Below, piece by piece: positions 28,518 to 38,247 of a stretch of 64,000 bases of DNA (within the stretch, counting starts at the first letter, position 1; the number at the start of each line of letters is the position of its first letter). Origin of the DNA: an uncultured Dehalococcoidia bacterium (GTDB lineage: Bacteria; Chloroflexota; Dehalococcoidia; Lucifugimonadales; UBA826); contig CAYPDR010000022.1 in NCBI GenBank assembly GCA_964409595.1, positions 20,399 to 84,398 on the forward strand. Direction: 5' to 3'. Both the position numbers and the translations under genes were made by a program. The notes under the pieces are model-generated. The model searched no databases. It was given only the letters and a program-made list of their open reading frames with translations, and was not told the origin of the DNA.

Positions 28518-29528
28518 ATGGAACTGTTTGGAAAAGACTTATCAGAGGATGTAGTTATTGTGGCAGAGGTCGGGGTCAACCACGAGGGAAATATCAACAA
28601 GGCATTGGAACTTGTGCACATGGCTGCTGAGTCAGGTGCCGACGCGGTTAAATTTCAAACTTATGAACCCTTCAGGTACGCTAGCACATCAGACATGGAG
28701 CGATTTCAGAGAGTGAGCAGCTTCAGCTTAAGTAACGAGGAATTTGTTTTGCTATCTAAGGAAGCTGAATCTCTGGGGATAGGATTCTTCTCCACTCCGC
28801 TCGACGAATCGTCTGTTCAATTCGTTTCCTCCATCAGCCCTGTGATAAAAATAGCATCCCCAGACATGAATTTTGAACCGACTGTAAGGGCGGCGGCTTC
28901 GACAGGTAAGCCGCTGATAATTTCAACAGGTATGGCACTTCCTGAGGAAATTGATAAGACACTGTCGTGGGTCCAAGATGAGATAGGGTCAGATGTTCCC
29001 TTGAATAGTCGAGTTGTATTGCTTCATTGCGCATCTGCCTACCCTACTCCGATCGAGGAAATCAATTTGTTATCTATTCCATATCTTGCGGAGCGGTATC
29101 CGGTTTATGTTGGCTTCTCGGATCATACTATCGGCCTGGATGCAGCAAGGGCTTCAGTCGCTCTTGGCGCAACTGTTATAGAAAAACATTTCACTGACAA
29201 CAAGGAAGATAGAGATTTCAGGGATCATGAATTGTCGGCTGACCCCGATGATCTGAAAACTCTCGTAGATGATGTCGCTAGGACTAAATTAGCTCTTGGT
29301 GTGAAGGAGAAAACAAGATCTGTGAGTGAAACCCCAAATCTGGTTCCAACTAGAAAAGGTGTTGTTGCTGCTAGTGACTTGCCGGAGGGAAAGATACTTG
29401 AACGAAATGACTTGATGTTTGCTCGGCCCTCTTCTGAAATACCAGCCGAACGTATTAATGAACTGATTGGGAAGACTCTTAAAGTTCCGTTGCAGCGGGG
29501 AAATCTTGTGCCGTCAGACACTCTTTAA
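28518..29528 (+). CDS. NeuB-family nonulosonic acid synthase (copy 1, module A)
   Basis: VAEVGVNHEGN and AVKFQTY, plus a C-terminal SAF-like domain. Length is 336 aa. Confidence 0.85.
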   Translation: MELFGKDLSEDVVIVAEVGVNHEGNINKALELVHMAAESGADAVKFQTYEPFRYASTSDMERFQRVSSFSLSNEEFVLLSKEAESLGIGFFSTPLDESSVQFVSSISPVIKIASPDMNFEPTVRAAASTGKPLIISTGMALPEEIDKTLSWVQDEIGSDVPLNSRVVLLHCASAYPTPIEEINLLSIPYLAERYPVYVGFSDHTIGLDAARASVALGATVIEKHFTDNKEDRDFRDHELSADPDDLKTLVDDVARTKLALGVKEKTRSVSETPNLVPTRKGVVAASDLPEGKILERNDLMFARPSSEIPAERINELIGKTLKVPLQRGNLVPSDTL

Positions 29529-29757
29529 ATTAGGACCTCCGGCGTAGTGTATTACGATTTCAAATCTGTTTGATATGGCTAATCCGCGAACGTGTCAGGT
29601 TATCGGTCGGGCTTTTCAAGTGAGAATTTGTTATAGGTAACTTCGACCAGTTTGTTTGTCCAATTTAGACATAAAAAGACTGGACATATTCTAATCAGAG
29701 ATTACTCACATAATATTTAGTGTTAATCATGGGTGGATATTTTTTGGAAATTTTCAA

Positions 29758-31590
29758 ATGTGTGGAATAGCGGGGTATATTGGTTCCCGGCATTTGCAGG
29801 AAGGGATTCTGCAATTATGCCTAGAGCTAATGCATAGAAGAGGACCGGATCATCAGGGCTATTTCCATGATTCGCCTCGAGAAGGGCGTAACATCTATCT
29901 TCTCAGTAGTAGGCTAAGTATCATTGACTTGGATGCTAGATCGAACCAGCCTTTTTTGATGGGTTCCTCGGCGATCGCGTTTAACGGAGAACTCTACAAC
30001 TACCTTGAAGTAAAAACCCAATTCATATCCAGGGGCCACAAGTTCAGGACTAAATCTGATACGGAAGTAGTTTTGAAGGCGATTAATGAATTAGGTTTGG
30101 ATTCCTTAGACACTTTTGAAGGTATGTTTGCATTCGCATTCTATAATCGTGACACGCATGAATTTTTCTTAGCCAGGGATCGTTTTGGGGAGAAGCCTCT
30201 TTACATTTATAGAGATGAAACCGGGATTTACTTCGGGTCCGAAATAAAATACATAAAAGCTCTATTAGGGAAGCCATTAAAAGTTAACTATGATCACCTT
30301 TATCGATATTTGGTCAACGGATATAAAGCGCTCTACAAGCAGCCCAACACGTTTTTTGTCGGAGTGAGCGAAGTTCCGGCAGCTTCGCTGCTTTCAATAG
30401 ATGAAAATGGAACCGAGACTATTCGCCGATATTGGGAGCCTTCATTTAATCAGAATTGTGACATGAGCTATAAAGAAGCCGTGCAACTAACGAAAGAGAA
30501 GTTGATTCGATCGGTTGAACTAAGGTTGAGGGCAGATGTACCCCTCGCTTTTTGCATGAGTGGCGGAGTCGACTCCAATGCTCTAATTTCGATTGCTAAA
30601 AATGTGTTCGATTACGATGTGCATGGATTCACCGTAACTAATACAGATTCGAGGTACGAGGAACAAGACATGGTCGATCATGCTGTTTCGGAATTAGGTA
30701 TAAAGCACACCTCCGTGCCGGTAACTGTAGACAGATTTATACCGCAGCTAAGAACTCTCGTTAAGCAGCATGATGCACCTGTGTTCACCATTAATTACTA
30801 TGCACATTGGCTACTTATGGAAAAAATCCGAGATTATGGATACCGAATTTCTGTAAGTGGAACGGCAGCCGACGAGCTATTTACCGGATATTATGATCAT
30901 CACCTAGCATATTTGTTTGAGATCAAGAACGACCAAAAGTTATTTACTGATTCCATAAAGGCATGGGAAAAGTATATTAAGCCCATAGTGCGGAATCCCT
31001 ATCTCAACAATCCATATTTGTTTTTAGATAATCCTCAACAAAGAGGGCATATTTTTCTGGATTCGGAGGAATTCGCTAAATATTTGAATACTGACTGGGA
31101 CGAGCCATTCACCGAATCTCATTATACAGACAGTCTGCTAAGAAATCGTATGCTCAATGAGATATTTCACGAAGCTACTCCCATGATTTTGCACGAAGAT
31201 GACCTGAATGCTATGTATTTTTCTATCGAAAACAGGTCTCCCTTCCTTGATAGAGATTTGTTTGAGTTTTGTAACAGTGTCCCTTCCCAATACCTTGTGA
31301 GAAACGGATTTGCCAAAGTATTATTGCGCGACGCTTTGGAAGGCATTGTGCCTAAGAAAATTCTGGCGGAGAGGCGAAAAGTTGGGTTCAATGCTCCGAT
31401 AAGGTCTTTCTTAGATTTGGAAGACATAAATGTTAAGTCAATGTTATTGGATGATAGTCCTATTTATGAACATATCAAAAGAGACAAGATCGAAAAATTG
31501 CTGCTGGAAAAAAACATATCAGAACCTAACAGCAAATTTATTTTTTACTTTCTCTCAAGCAAACTGTTTTTAGAGTTGTTTGATAGTTGA
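29758..31590 (+). CDS. asparagine synthase (glutamine-hydrolysing) family amidotransferase, copy 1
   Basis: MCGIAGY (Ntn Cys2) and PP-loop CMSGGVDSNA. Length is 610 aa. Confidence 0.85.
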   Translation: MCGIAGYIGSRHLQEGILQLCLELMHRRGPDHQGYFHDSPREGRNIYLLSSRLSIIDLDARSNQPFLMGSSAIAFNGELYNYLEVKTQFISRGHKFRTKSDTEVVLKAINELGLDSLDTFEGMFAFAFYNRDTHEFFLARDRFGEKPLYIYRDETGIYFGSEIKYIKALLGKPLKVNYDHLYRYLVNGYKALYKQPNTFFVGVSEVPAASLLSIDENGTETIRRYWEPSFNQNCDMSYKEAVQLTKEKLIRSVELRLRADVPLAFCMSGGVDSNALISIAKNVFDYDVHGFTVTNTDSRYEEQDMVDHAVSELGIKHTSVPVTVDRFIPQLRTLVKQHDAPVFTINYYAHWLLMEKIRDYGYRISVSGTAADELFTGYYDHHLAYLFEIKNDQKLFTDSIKAWEKYIKPIVRNPYLNNPYLFLDNPQQRGHIFLDSEEFAKYLNTDWDEPFTESHYTDSLLRNRMLNEIFHEATPMILHEDDLNAMYFSIENRSPFLDRDLFEFCNSVPSQYLVRNGFAKVLLRDALEGIVPKKILAERRKVGFNAPIRSFLDLEDINVKSMLLDDSPIYEHIKRDKIEKLLLEKNISEPNSKFIFYFLSSKLFLELFDS

Positions 31591-32720
31591 AAACAAACAT
31601 TTCCTATTGCGTCAAATGTATTATTCCCGATACCAGGCCCGGTATCAAAATATACACTGATGGGATTTGTTCAGCTTGCAAGTCTCATGAGCGAAAAGGT
31701 GTTGAGACTGACTGGGAAGTACGCCGGGAAGCGTTTACAACGTTAGTGTCACAGGTAAAAAAGCTAAATCGTGACTATGATTGCGTTATTCCAGTCAGCG
31801 GAGGTAAAGACAGTACTTGGCAGGTAGTAAAATGCCTTGAATACGGATTGCATCCTCTGGCAATTACTTGGAGATCACCTTCCCGTAATGAAGTAGGTGC
31901 ACGCAACTTAGAAAATTTAATTTCTCTTGGCGTTGACCATATTGATTTCTCTATAAATCCTCACGTAGAGAAGAAATTTATGCTTGTGTCGTTGGTTGAA
32001 GCTGGTGACTGTGCAATTCCAATGCATATGGCAATATTCAATATTCCACCTATGATGGCATTGAAAATGAATATACCTTTGATTATATGGGGGGAGAACC
32101 CTGCAGAAGAATATTCTGGTCAATATAAAGACCTGCTAGGGCACAGGCTTGATGAAAAATGGTTTAAAAAATTTGGAGTTACTCAAGGAACAACCGCCTT
32201 GAATTGGGAGTCATCGGAGTTGTCTGCCGAGGAACTTACTCCTTACTTCGGTCCAACTGACGAACAACTTTCCGCAGGCGGTATAAAGGGTGTATTTCTA
32301 GGATACTATTTCGATTGGGATCCAGAAAATAGCCTTGAGATGGCAGAATTAAATGGGTTCGAGAGAAGTTCTAAAGGGCCGAAAACGGGATTTTATAACT
32401 ACGCTGACATAGACGAAGATTTCATATCTATTCACCATTATCTCAAATGGTATAAATTCGGGTTTACTCGATCTTATGACAACCTATCATTGGAGATACG
32501 TAATGGAAGATTGAGACGTGATGAGGCTGTGCAATGGCTATTGGATAGGGGAGATGAAACGCCCCATGAGGACATCGTCAAATTTTGCGATTTTGTTGGC
32601 TTAACGAAGCATGAGTTTTATGAAGTAATCGAACAGCATAGAAATCCGAATATTTGGAAGATCGTCGATAACAAGTGGATGATAGAAGGTTTTCTTATTC
32701 CTGATTGGAGATGGATTTGA
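31587..32720 (+). CDS. N-acetyl sugar amidotransferase (WbuX/PseA-type PP-loop enzyme)
   Basis: The N-terminal Zn-ribbon is YCVKCIIPDTRPGI...GICSACKSH, and the PP-loop is PVSGGKDST. TTG start overlapping the asnB-like stop (TTGA). Confidence 0.8.
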   Translation: MKTNISYCVKCIIPDTRPGIKIYTDGICSACKSHERKGVETDWEVRREAFTTLVSQVKKLNRDYDCVIPVSGGKDSTWQVVKCLEYGLHPLAITWRSPSRNEVGARNLENLISLGVDHIDFSINPHVEKKFMLVSLVEAGDCAIPMHMAIFNIPPMMALKMNIPLIIWGENPAEEYSGQYKDLLGHRLDEKWFKKFGVTQGTTALNWESSELSAEELTPYFGPTDEQLSAGGIKGVFLGYYFDWDPENSLEMAELNGFERSSKGPKTGFYNYADIDEDFISIHHYLKWYKFGFTRSYDNLSLEIRNGRLRRDEAVQWLLDRGDETPHEDIVKFCDFVGLTKHEFYEVIEQHRNPNIWKIVDNKWMIEGFLIPDWRWI

Positions 32721-33097
32721 AACTTGAGGCGAATCAACCACCAAGAAAGTTCAATGTTGGAGGGAAGTTTCCAATTCAACTCTCGGATTGTGGCAAAGTA
32801 ATATTGGAAGCTAATGAATTAGTCACATTAGAACATGAATCTGGTTCATGTTACGACGTTGTTTGTAAAGATTGGGGATTTTATGCAACACCATCTTTAA
32901 ATGGAAGACTCTTAAAATTCAACCTTCGCGCTGTTTTGGTGAGGAATAAGGGAGGTCATTATTTCATCTTGATGGTAGTAGAAGGCAAAGAGCTCGAATT
33001 TCAGAAATATTTGGATTTATCGGACAATGAAATTGTAGCTTGGATGGACTCTGATAAAGCACTTGCAACCGCTCCAACCAATAAGGAAGATTTTTGA
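32705..33097 (+). CDS. hypothetical protein (130 aa)
   Basis: The ORF is translationally overlapped on both sides (with the amidotransferase and the methyltransferase), which argues that it is real. I recognise no motif. An alternative ATG lies at 32711. Confidence 0.5.
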   Translation: MEMDLKLEANQPPRKFNVGGKFPIQLSDCGKVILEANELVTLEHESGSCYDVVCKDWGFYATPSLNGRLLKFNLRAVLVRNKGGHYFILMVVEGKELEFQKYLDLSDNEIVAWMDSDKALATAPTNKEDF

Positions 33098-33918
33098 TTG
33101 AAGATTGTTTGAGATGCCCATGTGAAGGCAGATACTTTGGAGAGTGGCATACATATAGCGCTCCTCCTAAAGGTGAAGGGAATTTTAAGTTTAAGAGTAA
33201 TGGATCTTACTCGAGAACGATTAGCAAATGTGCCGTATGTAGTCATTTTGTATCTGTTCATGAAATGAGTACAGGTTCACTTTATTCTGGTGACTATGTT
33301 AACGCTAACTATGGAGGTATAGAGGGTATAAAGAAGTCATTCGAGAGAATTGTCAATATGGATTCCTCTAAATCAGACAACTATTGGAGAGTTGAGCGGG
33401 TTTGCCAATTTGGCGAAAGAAACTTTCCGACCGAATCTAATAACAGATCAATTCTTGACGTTGGTTCGGGACTTTGTGTGTTCCTTCACGGTATGAAGCA
33501 ACGCGGCTGGAATTGCACTGCTTTGGACCCCGATAAAAGATCCGTGGAGCACGCACGAGACTATGTAGGGGTTAATGCCGTTCGCGCTGACTTTATGACT
33601 GTTGAAAATCTTGGTCGTTACGATGTAATCGCCTTCAATAAGGTTCTTGAGCACGTAGACGATCCGGTGAACATGCTTTCGAAATCTTTAAATTTATTGA
33701 ATCCGAATGGGTTTATATACTGTGAGGTTCCGGATGGTGAAACCGCCGCCGGGATATCGCCGGCAAGAGAGGAATTTTTCATAGAACATCCTCACATATT
33801 CAGTGCTGCATCGTTGATGCTTATGGTTTATCGGGCAGGGTTAATTGTTAAAGACTTTCAACGTATCACTGAACCGAGTGGTAAACACAGCTTAATTACA
33901 TTTATGACTTTGACTTGA
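33094..33918 (+). CDS. class I SAM-dependent methyltransferase with N-terminal Cys-rich (zinc-ribbon-like) segment
   Basis: CLRCPCEG...CAVCSH, then SAM motif I ILDVGSGLCVF and the post-I/II block DVIAFNKVLEHVDDP. Confidence 0.8.
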   Translation: MIEDCLRCPCEGRYFGEWHTYSAPPKGEGNFKFKSNGSYSRTISKCAVCSHFVSVHEMSTGSLYSGDYVNANYGGIEGIKKSFERIVNMDSSKSDNYWRVERVCQFGERNFPTESNNRSILDVGSGLCVFLHGMKQRGWNCTALDPDKRSVEHARDYVGVNAVRADFMTVENLGRYDVIAFNKVLEHVDDPVNMLSKSLNLLNPNGFIYCEVPDGETAAGISPAREEFFIEHPHIFSAASLMLMVYRAGLIVKDFQRITEPSGKHSLITFMTLT

Positions 33919-34279
33919 CCTATATATTTGATTTCTCAAATTGGTTGTTGTGAAAATGGGTGAGACGCAAGACATTCCAAGTAGATTCAAGAATGTGGAT
34001 ATATGCCTCTCGCCAGAGAGTCATAAGGAATTCGATGAGTAGTTCAGTGTTACTTTAGGGTTTTGGCCTCCTTAGTAGAAGCGCAAGATAATGTTCACCT
34101 TCCATTCGATAAGAAGTATAAAGGTCGGGATGTTTTTCACCAATGAAGGAAGTTAATTGCAGTTGGTAGACTTGGTCCCAGAAACGTTTGAACACAAATA
34201 CCGATTGAAATTTGATCTTATAAAGTTGTGTATTTCTCCGTAGGAAGGCGTTTGAACAAATTAAGTAGAGCATCGACTT

Positions 34280-35740
34280 ATGAAAAATAAAAGTCCGCGA
34301 ATATTATTCCAAGTTAAAGCACCAATACGCCAGATTGCAGAGACACTTAAGAATAAACAGGGCTGGGAAATTTATGGTTACTACGGCGGTCCCATATCCG
34401 ATCATGCTGTAAACGAATGTTCGGGAACTCTAAACTTATATGAAATTATTGAGCGCTCTAAACTTTCCCAGGTGCCAGAAAACATCATTGCCAAATGCCG
34501 AGAATTAGAAGACGAATATGACATTAACCTAGCAGACGTGATAGCTGCTGACCGCCACCTAGGTATTAGATGGGTAACTGGGGGTTTGTATCATCCAGGA
34601 AAGTTATCCAGGATGCCATACGAAAAACATCTTCAAATAATATTAGATGTTTTTACCGCTTTCAGAAAGTATTTAGACCAAATAAATCCGACAATAGTGT
34701 GTTCAGATCAAGTAGCGTCGTTTGTGGGTGCTATCTCATTTGAGATATGTAGAAAAATGGGAATTCCCATTTACGGTGTTATGCCCCTTGGAATCTATGA
34801 GAATTATTTTTATTGGCAAAGAGATAGGGCGGCAATTGTTCCAGGGCTAGAGGAAAATTATCTGAGTCAGAGATTGTCACAAGCTGATTGTGATAGTACG
34901 AGGGCAGAAATAGTTTTGGATGGGAGAGTTAGAGGAGTTACGCAGCTTACTTTGCAAAAAGGTAACTTATTTGATTTGCTTAAGAAGGTAGTGAGGATAA
35001 CAAAAAAACACCTTATTGTAACGCTAGCAAGGGGGGATCGGGCTCCAGGGGGTATCAACCTTTCAAATAGGCTGACCTATTTGCTCCGGAATTTTTTGGG
35101 ATTCCGGAAAGAAATGAGGCGAAAGTACGAACCCGTGGAGAAATTATTGAACTCAAGTTATATCTATTACCCATTGCACTACGAACCGGAGGCCTCTCTA
35201 AACGGATTAGAACCTCATTTCTCTAATCAAATGTATGCTATTGAGCTTCTCTCAAGGAGTGTGCCCGTAGGGATCAACGTTCTGGTTAAGGAACATCCCT
35301 CCGGAATTGGAAACAGACCGTCGTATTGGATCGACATTATTGAGAAATTCCCAAGAGTGAAACTTGTCCATCCCCTCGAAAATTCTATTGACTTGATTAA
35401 GCATTCCATCGCTACCGCTACTATTACTGGGACATCGGGATTTGAGGCGGCCCTTCTTGGGAAGCCGGTTATTAGCCTAGGTCCCAACTACAGATACAAC
35501 TTTATCAACTATGTTACGTACGCAAATGACATTAATAGCTTAAGAAAGTTGATTAAAGATATATGCAACGATGAACACCTCCTTGATTTGAAGAAGAATG
35601 CCGCCCATTTGAGAAAAGCAGTTGAAATGACATGTTTTAGGTTAGATGATCGGCTAGATGATCGGATCTCTTTTGCCAGGAATCCGTCTCAGGAATCTGT
35701 TGAAATAGCAGCCGATGAGCTTTTGAAATTGGTAGTGTAA
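34280..35740 (+). CDS. capsule polysaccharide biosynthesis family protein (PF05159; KpsS/KpsC/LpsZ-like glycosyltransferase)
   Basis: YYPLHYEPEASLN...VLVKEHPSGIGNRP...TITGTSGFEAALLGKPVISLG is colinear with the KpsS pattern PLQ..D.Q...KHHP...TINST.G.EALL.GKPV as I recall it. Confidence 0.7.
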   Translation: MKNKSPRILFQVKAPIRQIAETLKNKQGWEIYGYYGGPISDHAVNECSGTLNLYEIIERSKLSQVPENIIAKCRELEDEYDINLADVIAADRHLGIRWVTGGLYHPGKLSRMPYEKHLQIILDVFTAFRKYLDQINPTIVCSDQVASFVGAISFEICRKMGIPIYGVMPLGIYENYFYWQRDRAAIVPGLEENYLSQRLSQADCDSTRAEIVLDGRVRGVTQLTLQKGNLFDLLKKVVRITKKHLIVTLARGDRAPGGINLSNRLTYLLRNFLGFRKEMRRKYEPVEKLLNSSYIYYPLHYEPEASLNGLEPHFSNQMYAIELLSRSVPVGINVLVKEHPSGIGNRPSYWIDIIEKFPRVKLVHPLENSIDLIKHSIATATITGTSGFEAALLGKPVISLGPNYRYNFINYVTYANDINSLRKLIKDICNDEHLLDLKKNAAHLRKAVEMTCFRLDDRLDDRISFARNPSQESVEIAADELLKLVV

Positions 35741-35899
35741 ATCCTTGAGTTGTTAAAGTGCTACGAATTGTTGATGCGACCAAGTGAGAATTCGAGTTTT
35801 ACTAATGAAATCTTGTCGAACGCAGCGAACACAGACTGCGCAGAAACCATAGTCACTTAGCAACTTATAAACAAAGGGAAGAAAAGTTGGTCAAATACG

Positions 35900-36868
35900 T
35901 TGAATTTAAATAATAAGACCTTAATGTTGACCGGAGGAACTGGTTCTTTCGGATGGAAATTCGTTGAAATAGTTCTTGAACACTATTCTCCAAAGAAGCT
36001 AATCGTTTTCAGCAGAGACGAATTAAAACAAAGCGACATGAGTAATAAATTCCAGGGATCGGCCCTCCGTTATTTCATCGGAGATGTTCGCGATAAGGAT
36101 AGACTGCAGAGAGCTATGGACGGGGTTGACTATGTTATTCATGCCGCTGCATTGAAGCAGGTACCTGCATGTGAATACAATCCTATGGAAGCAGTTAAAA
36201 CCAACGTTTTTGGGGCCCAAAACGTTATAGATGCTGCTATCGATCAAGGAGTGAAGAAAGTCGTTGCGCTAAGCACGGATAAGGCGGTAAATCCAGTAAA
36301 CCTTTACGGGGCCACAAAATTATGTGCAGAAAAACTGTTCATTCAAGCTAATGCCTATTCCGGCAGGGAGGGAACAAGGTTTAGTTGTGTCAGATACGGA
36401 AATGTGGCAGGTAGTAGAGGTAGTGTGATTCCAGTTTTCGAGAGTCAAAGAGAAGAGGGAGTCTTGACTATTACCGACAAAAGGATGACAAGATTTTGGA
36501 TTACCTTAGGTCAAGGAGTTAATTTCGTGATTTCTTGCCTTTCTGATATGCAAGGCGGGGAGGTGTTTATTCCAAAAATCCCGAGTATGAAAATAGTTGA
36601 TCTTGCATCCGCAATCGCTCCCGGCTGCGAGTTTAATTTTGTAGGCATTAGGTCAGGTGAGAAACTTCACGAAGTTTTGATATCTAAGGATGAATCCCGC
36701 ACGGTTCTGGAAGTAGGTGATAAATACGTCATTTGTCCACCCCACCCGTGGTTCGCCCAACCCCATTACCCTCAAGGGAGATTGGTGGAGGAGGAATTTG
36801 AATATCGAAGCGATAATAACGATCAGTGGATTTCCGCTTCAGAGTTCGATAGATTAAATCTCTCATAA
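35900..36868 (+). CDS. pseB: UDP-N-acetylglucosamine 4,6-dehydratase (inverting), PseB/FlaA1
   Basis: LTGGTGSFG, SRDELKQ, FIGDVRD, NLYGATKLCAEKLF, RYGNVAGSRGSVIPVF, RMTRFWIT and IPKIPSMKI. It is nearly colinear with Helicobacter FlaA1 as I recall it. Confidence 0.92.
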   Translation: MNLNNKTLMLTGGTGSFGWKFVEIVLEHYSPKKLIVFSRDELKQSDMSNKFQGSALRYFIGDVRDKDRLQRAMDGVDYVIHAAALKQVPACEYNPMEAVKTNVFGAQNVIDAAIDQGVKKVVALSTDKAVNPVNLYGATKLCAEKLFIQANAYSGREGTRFSCVRYGNVAGSRGSVIPVFESQREEGVLTITDKRMTRFWITLGQGVNFVISCLSDMQGGEVFIPKIPSMKIVDLASAIAPGCEFNFVGIRSGEKLHEVLISKDESRTVLEVGDKYVICPPHPWFAQPHYPQGRLVEEEFEYRSDNNDQWISASEFDRLNLS

Positions 36869-36904
36869 ATATTCTTAAACTAATATGCAATTAAAGTTGA
36901 CCAG

Positions 36905-38098
36905 GTGATAACTTCTGACCTAGCGATAAACGGTGGGAAGCCTGTACGTGAGTCAATGTTGCCCTACGGGCGCCACTTCCTCGACGATCATGATCTAGAC
37001 TCCGTGCTGGAAGTTTTGAAGTCTGATTGGCTGACCACAGGACCCAAAGTTAGGGAATTTGAAAAGGCACTTTGTTTTCGTACAGATGCCAAATACGCAG
37101 TTGCCGTGAACAGTGGTACGGCGGCACTACATTCAGCGATGTACGCTTTGAACATTACACCAGGAGATGAAGTTATAGTGCCTGCTATGACCTTCGCAGC
37201 CACCGCAAATTGTGTTCTGTACCAAGGGGGTACCCCAGTATTTTCCGATGTACGACGCGAAACCTTGCTTATAAACACTGAAAGTATGGAATCGCTAATA
37301 ACATCGCGTACCAAGGCCGTTATTTCAGTTGACTATGCTGGGCAACCTTGTGACTACGATGTTTTAAGAAATATATGCGATAAGTACGGGCTGATACTCG
37401 TGGCAGATTCGTGCCACTCCTTAGGGGGGACATATAAAGGTCGAGCTGTTGGTTCCGTTGCTGATATTAACGCGTTCTCATTCCATCCAGTCAAACACGT
37501 GGCAGCCGGAGAAGGTGGAGCAATTACTACTGATAACGAATCGATTTACAATCGAATAAGAGCTTTTAGGAATCATGGTATACAAACTGACCATCATCAA
37601 AGAAGCGTGGAAGGTGCCTACAAGTATGATGTATCAGATCTAGGTTTTAATTACCGAATTCCCGACATAAATTGTGCTTTAGCGCTAAGTCAGCTCGAAA
37701 AGCTAGAGAAATCCGTTGCTAGGAGACAGGCGATTGCAAAAATATATGACTCAGCGTTTCACTCAATGGATTGTATTACACCCCTTAATCAGGTCCCTGA
37801 CGTTGACAACGCCTACCATCTCTATGTGATAGGGCTATCTAAGGAGTTTCCGAAATTTGACAGGGACTACTTATTCAAAGCCCTGCGTGCTGAAAACATA
37901 GGGGTTAACGTGCATTATTTGCCTGTATATTTGCACCCTTATTACAGAAAATTAGGGTATGACGAAGGGATTTGCCCCACCGCTGAGGATGTCTATAAGA
38001 ACATTATTAGCTTACCGATATTTCCGAGTATGGATGAAAAAGACATTGCCGATGTATTGGAAGCCGTTACAAAAATTGTGGGCTCCCACAACAACTAA
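36905..38098 (+). CDS. pseC: UDP-4-amino-4,6-dideoxy-N-acetyl-beta-L-altrosamine transaminase, PseC-like
   Basis: DegT family with FSFHPVKHVAAGEGG (PLP Lys) and SVDYAGQP. It lies directly downstream of pseB. Confidence 0.85.
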   Translation: MITSDLAINGGKPVRESMLPYGRHFLDDHDLDSVLEVLKSDWLTTGPKVREFEKALCFRTDAKYAVAVNSGTAALHSAMYALNITPGDEVIVPAMTFAATANCVLYQGGTPVFSDVRRETLLINTESMESLITSRTKAVISVDYAGQPCDYDVLRNICDKYGLILVADSCHSLGGTYKGRAVGSVADINAFSFHPVKHVAAGEGGAITTDNESIYNRIRAFRNHGIQTDHHQRSVEGAYKYDVSDLGFNYRIPDINCALALSQLEKLEKSVARRQAIAKIYDSAFHSMDCITPLNQVPDVDNAYHLYVIGLSKEFPKFDRDYLFKALRAENIGVNVHYLPVYLHPYYRKLGYDEGICPTAEDVYKNIISLPIFPSMDEKDIADVLEAVTKIVGSHNN

Positions 38099-38247
38099 TA
38101 TTTTTTGAAAATTCTCAATTCTGTTAATAGTTTGTTTCACGCTCAAAGAGCTTGGGCCCAATCATTAATTCCAGTATCGATAAATGGTCTATTGATCATT
38201 CAATTTTATGGTTCCCTAAGTCATCATAAATTCAGTGAGACTCTTCT

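Noticed and set aside
34055-34273. 72-aa minus-strand ORF in the 361-bp gap before the KpsS-like gene.
   Set aside because: It is AT-rich and has no motif, no obvious RBS and odd composition (FLRRNTQLYKIKFQSVFVFKRF). It is more likely promoter or spacer DNA.
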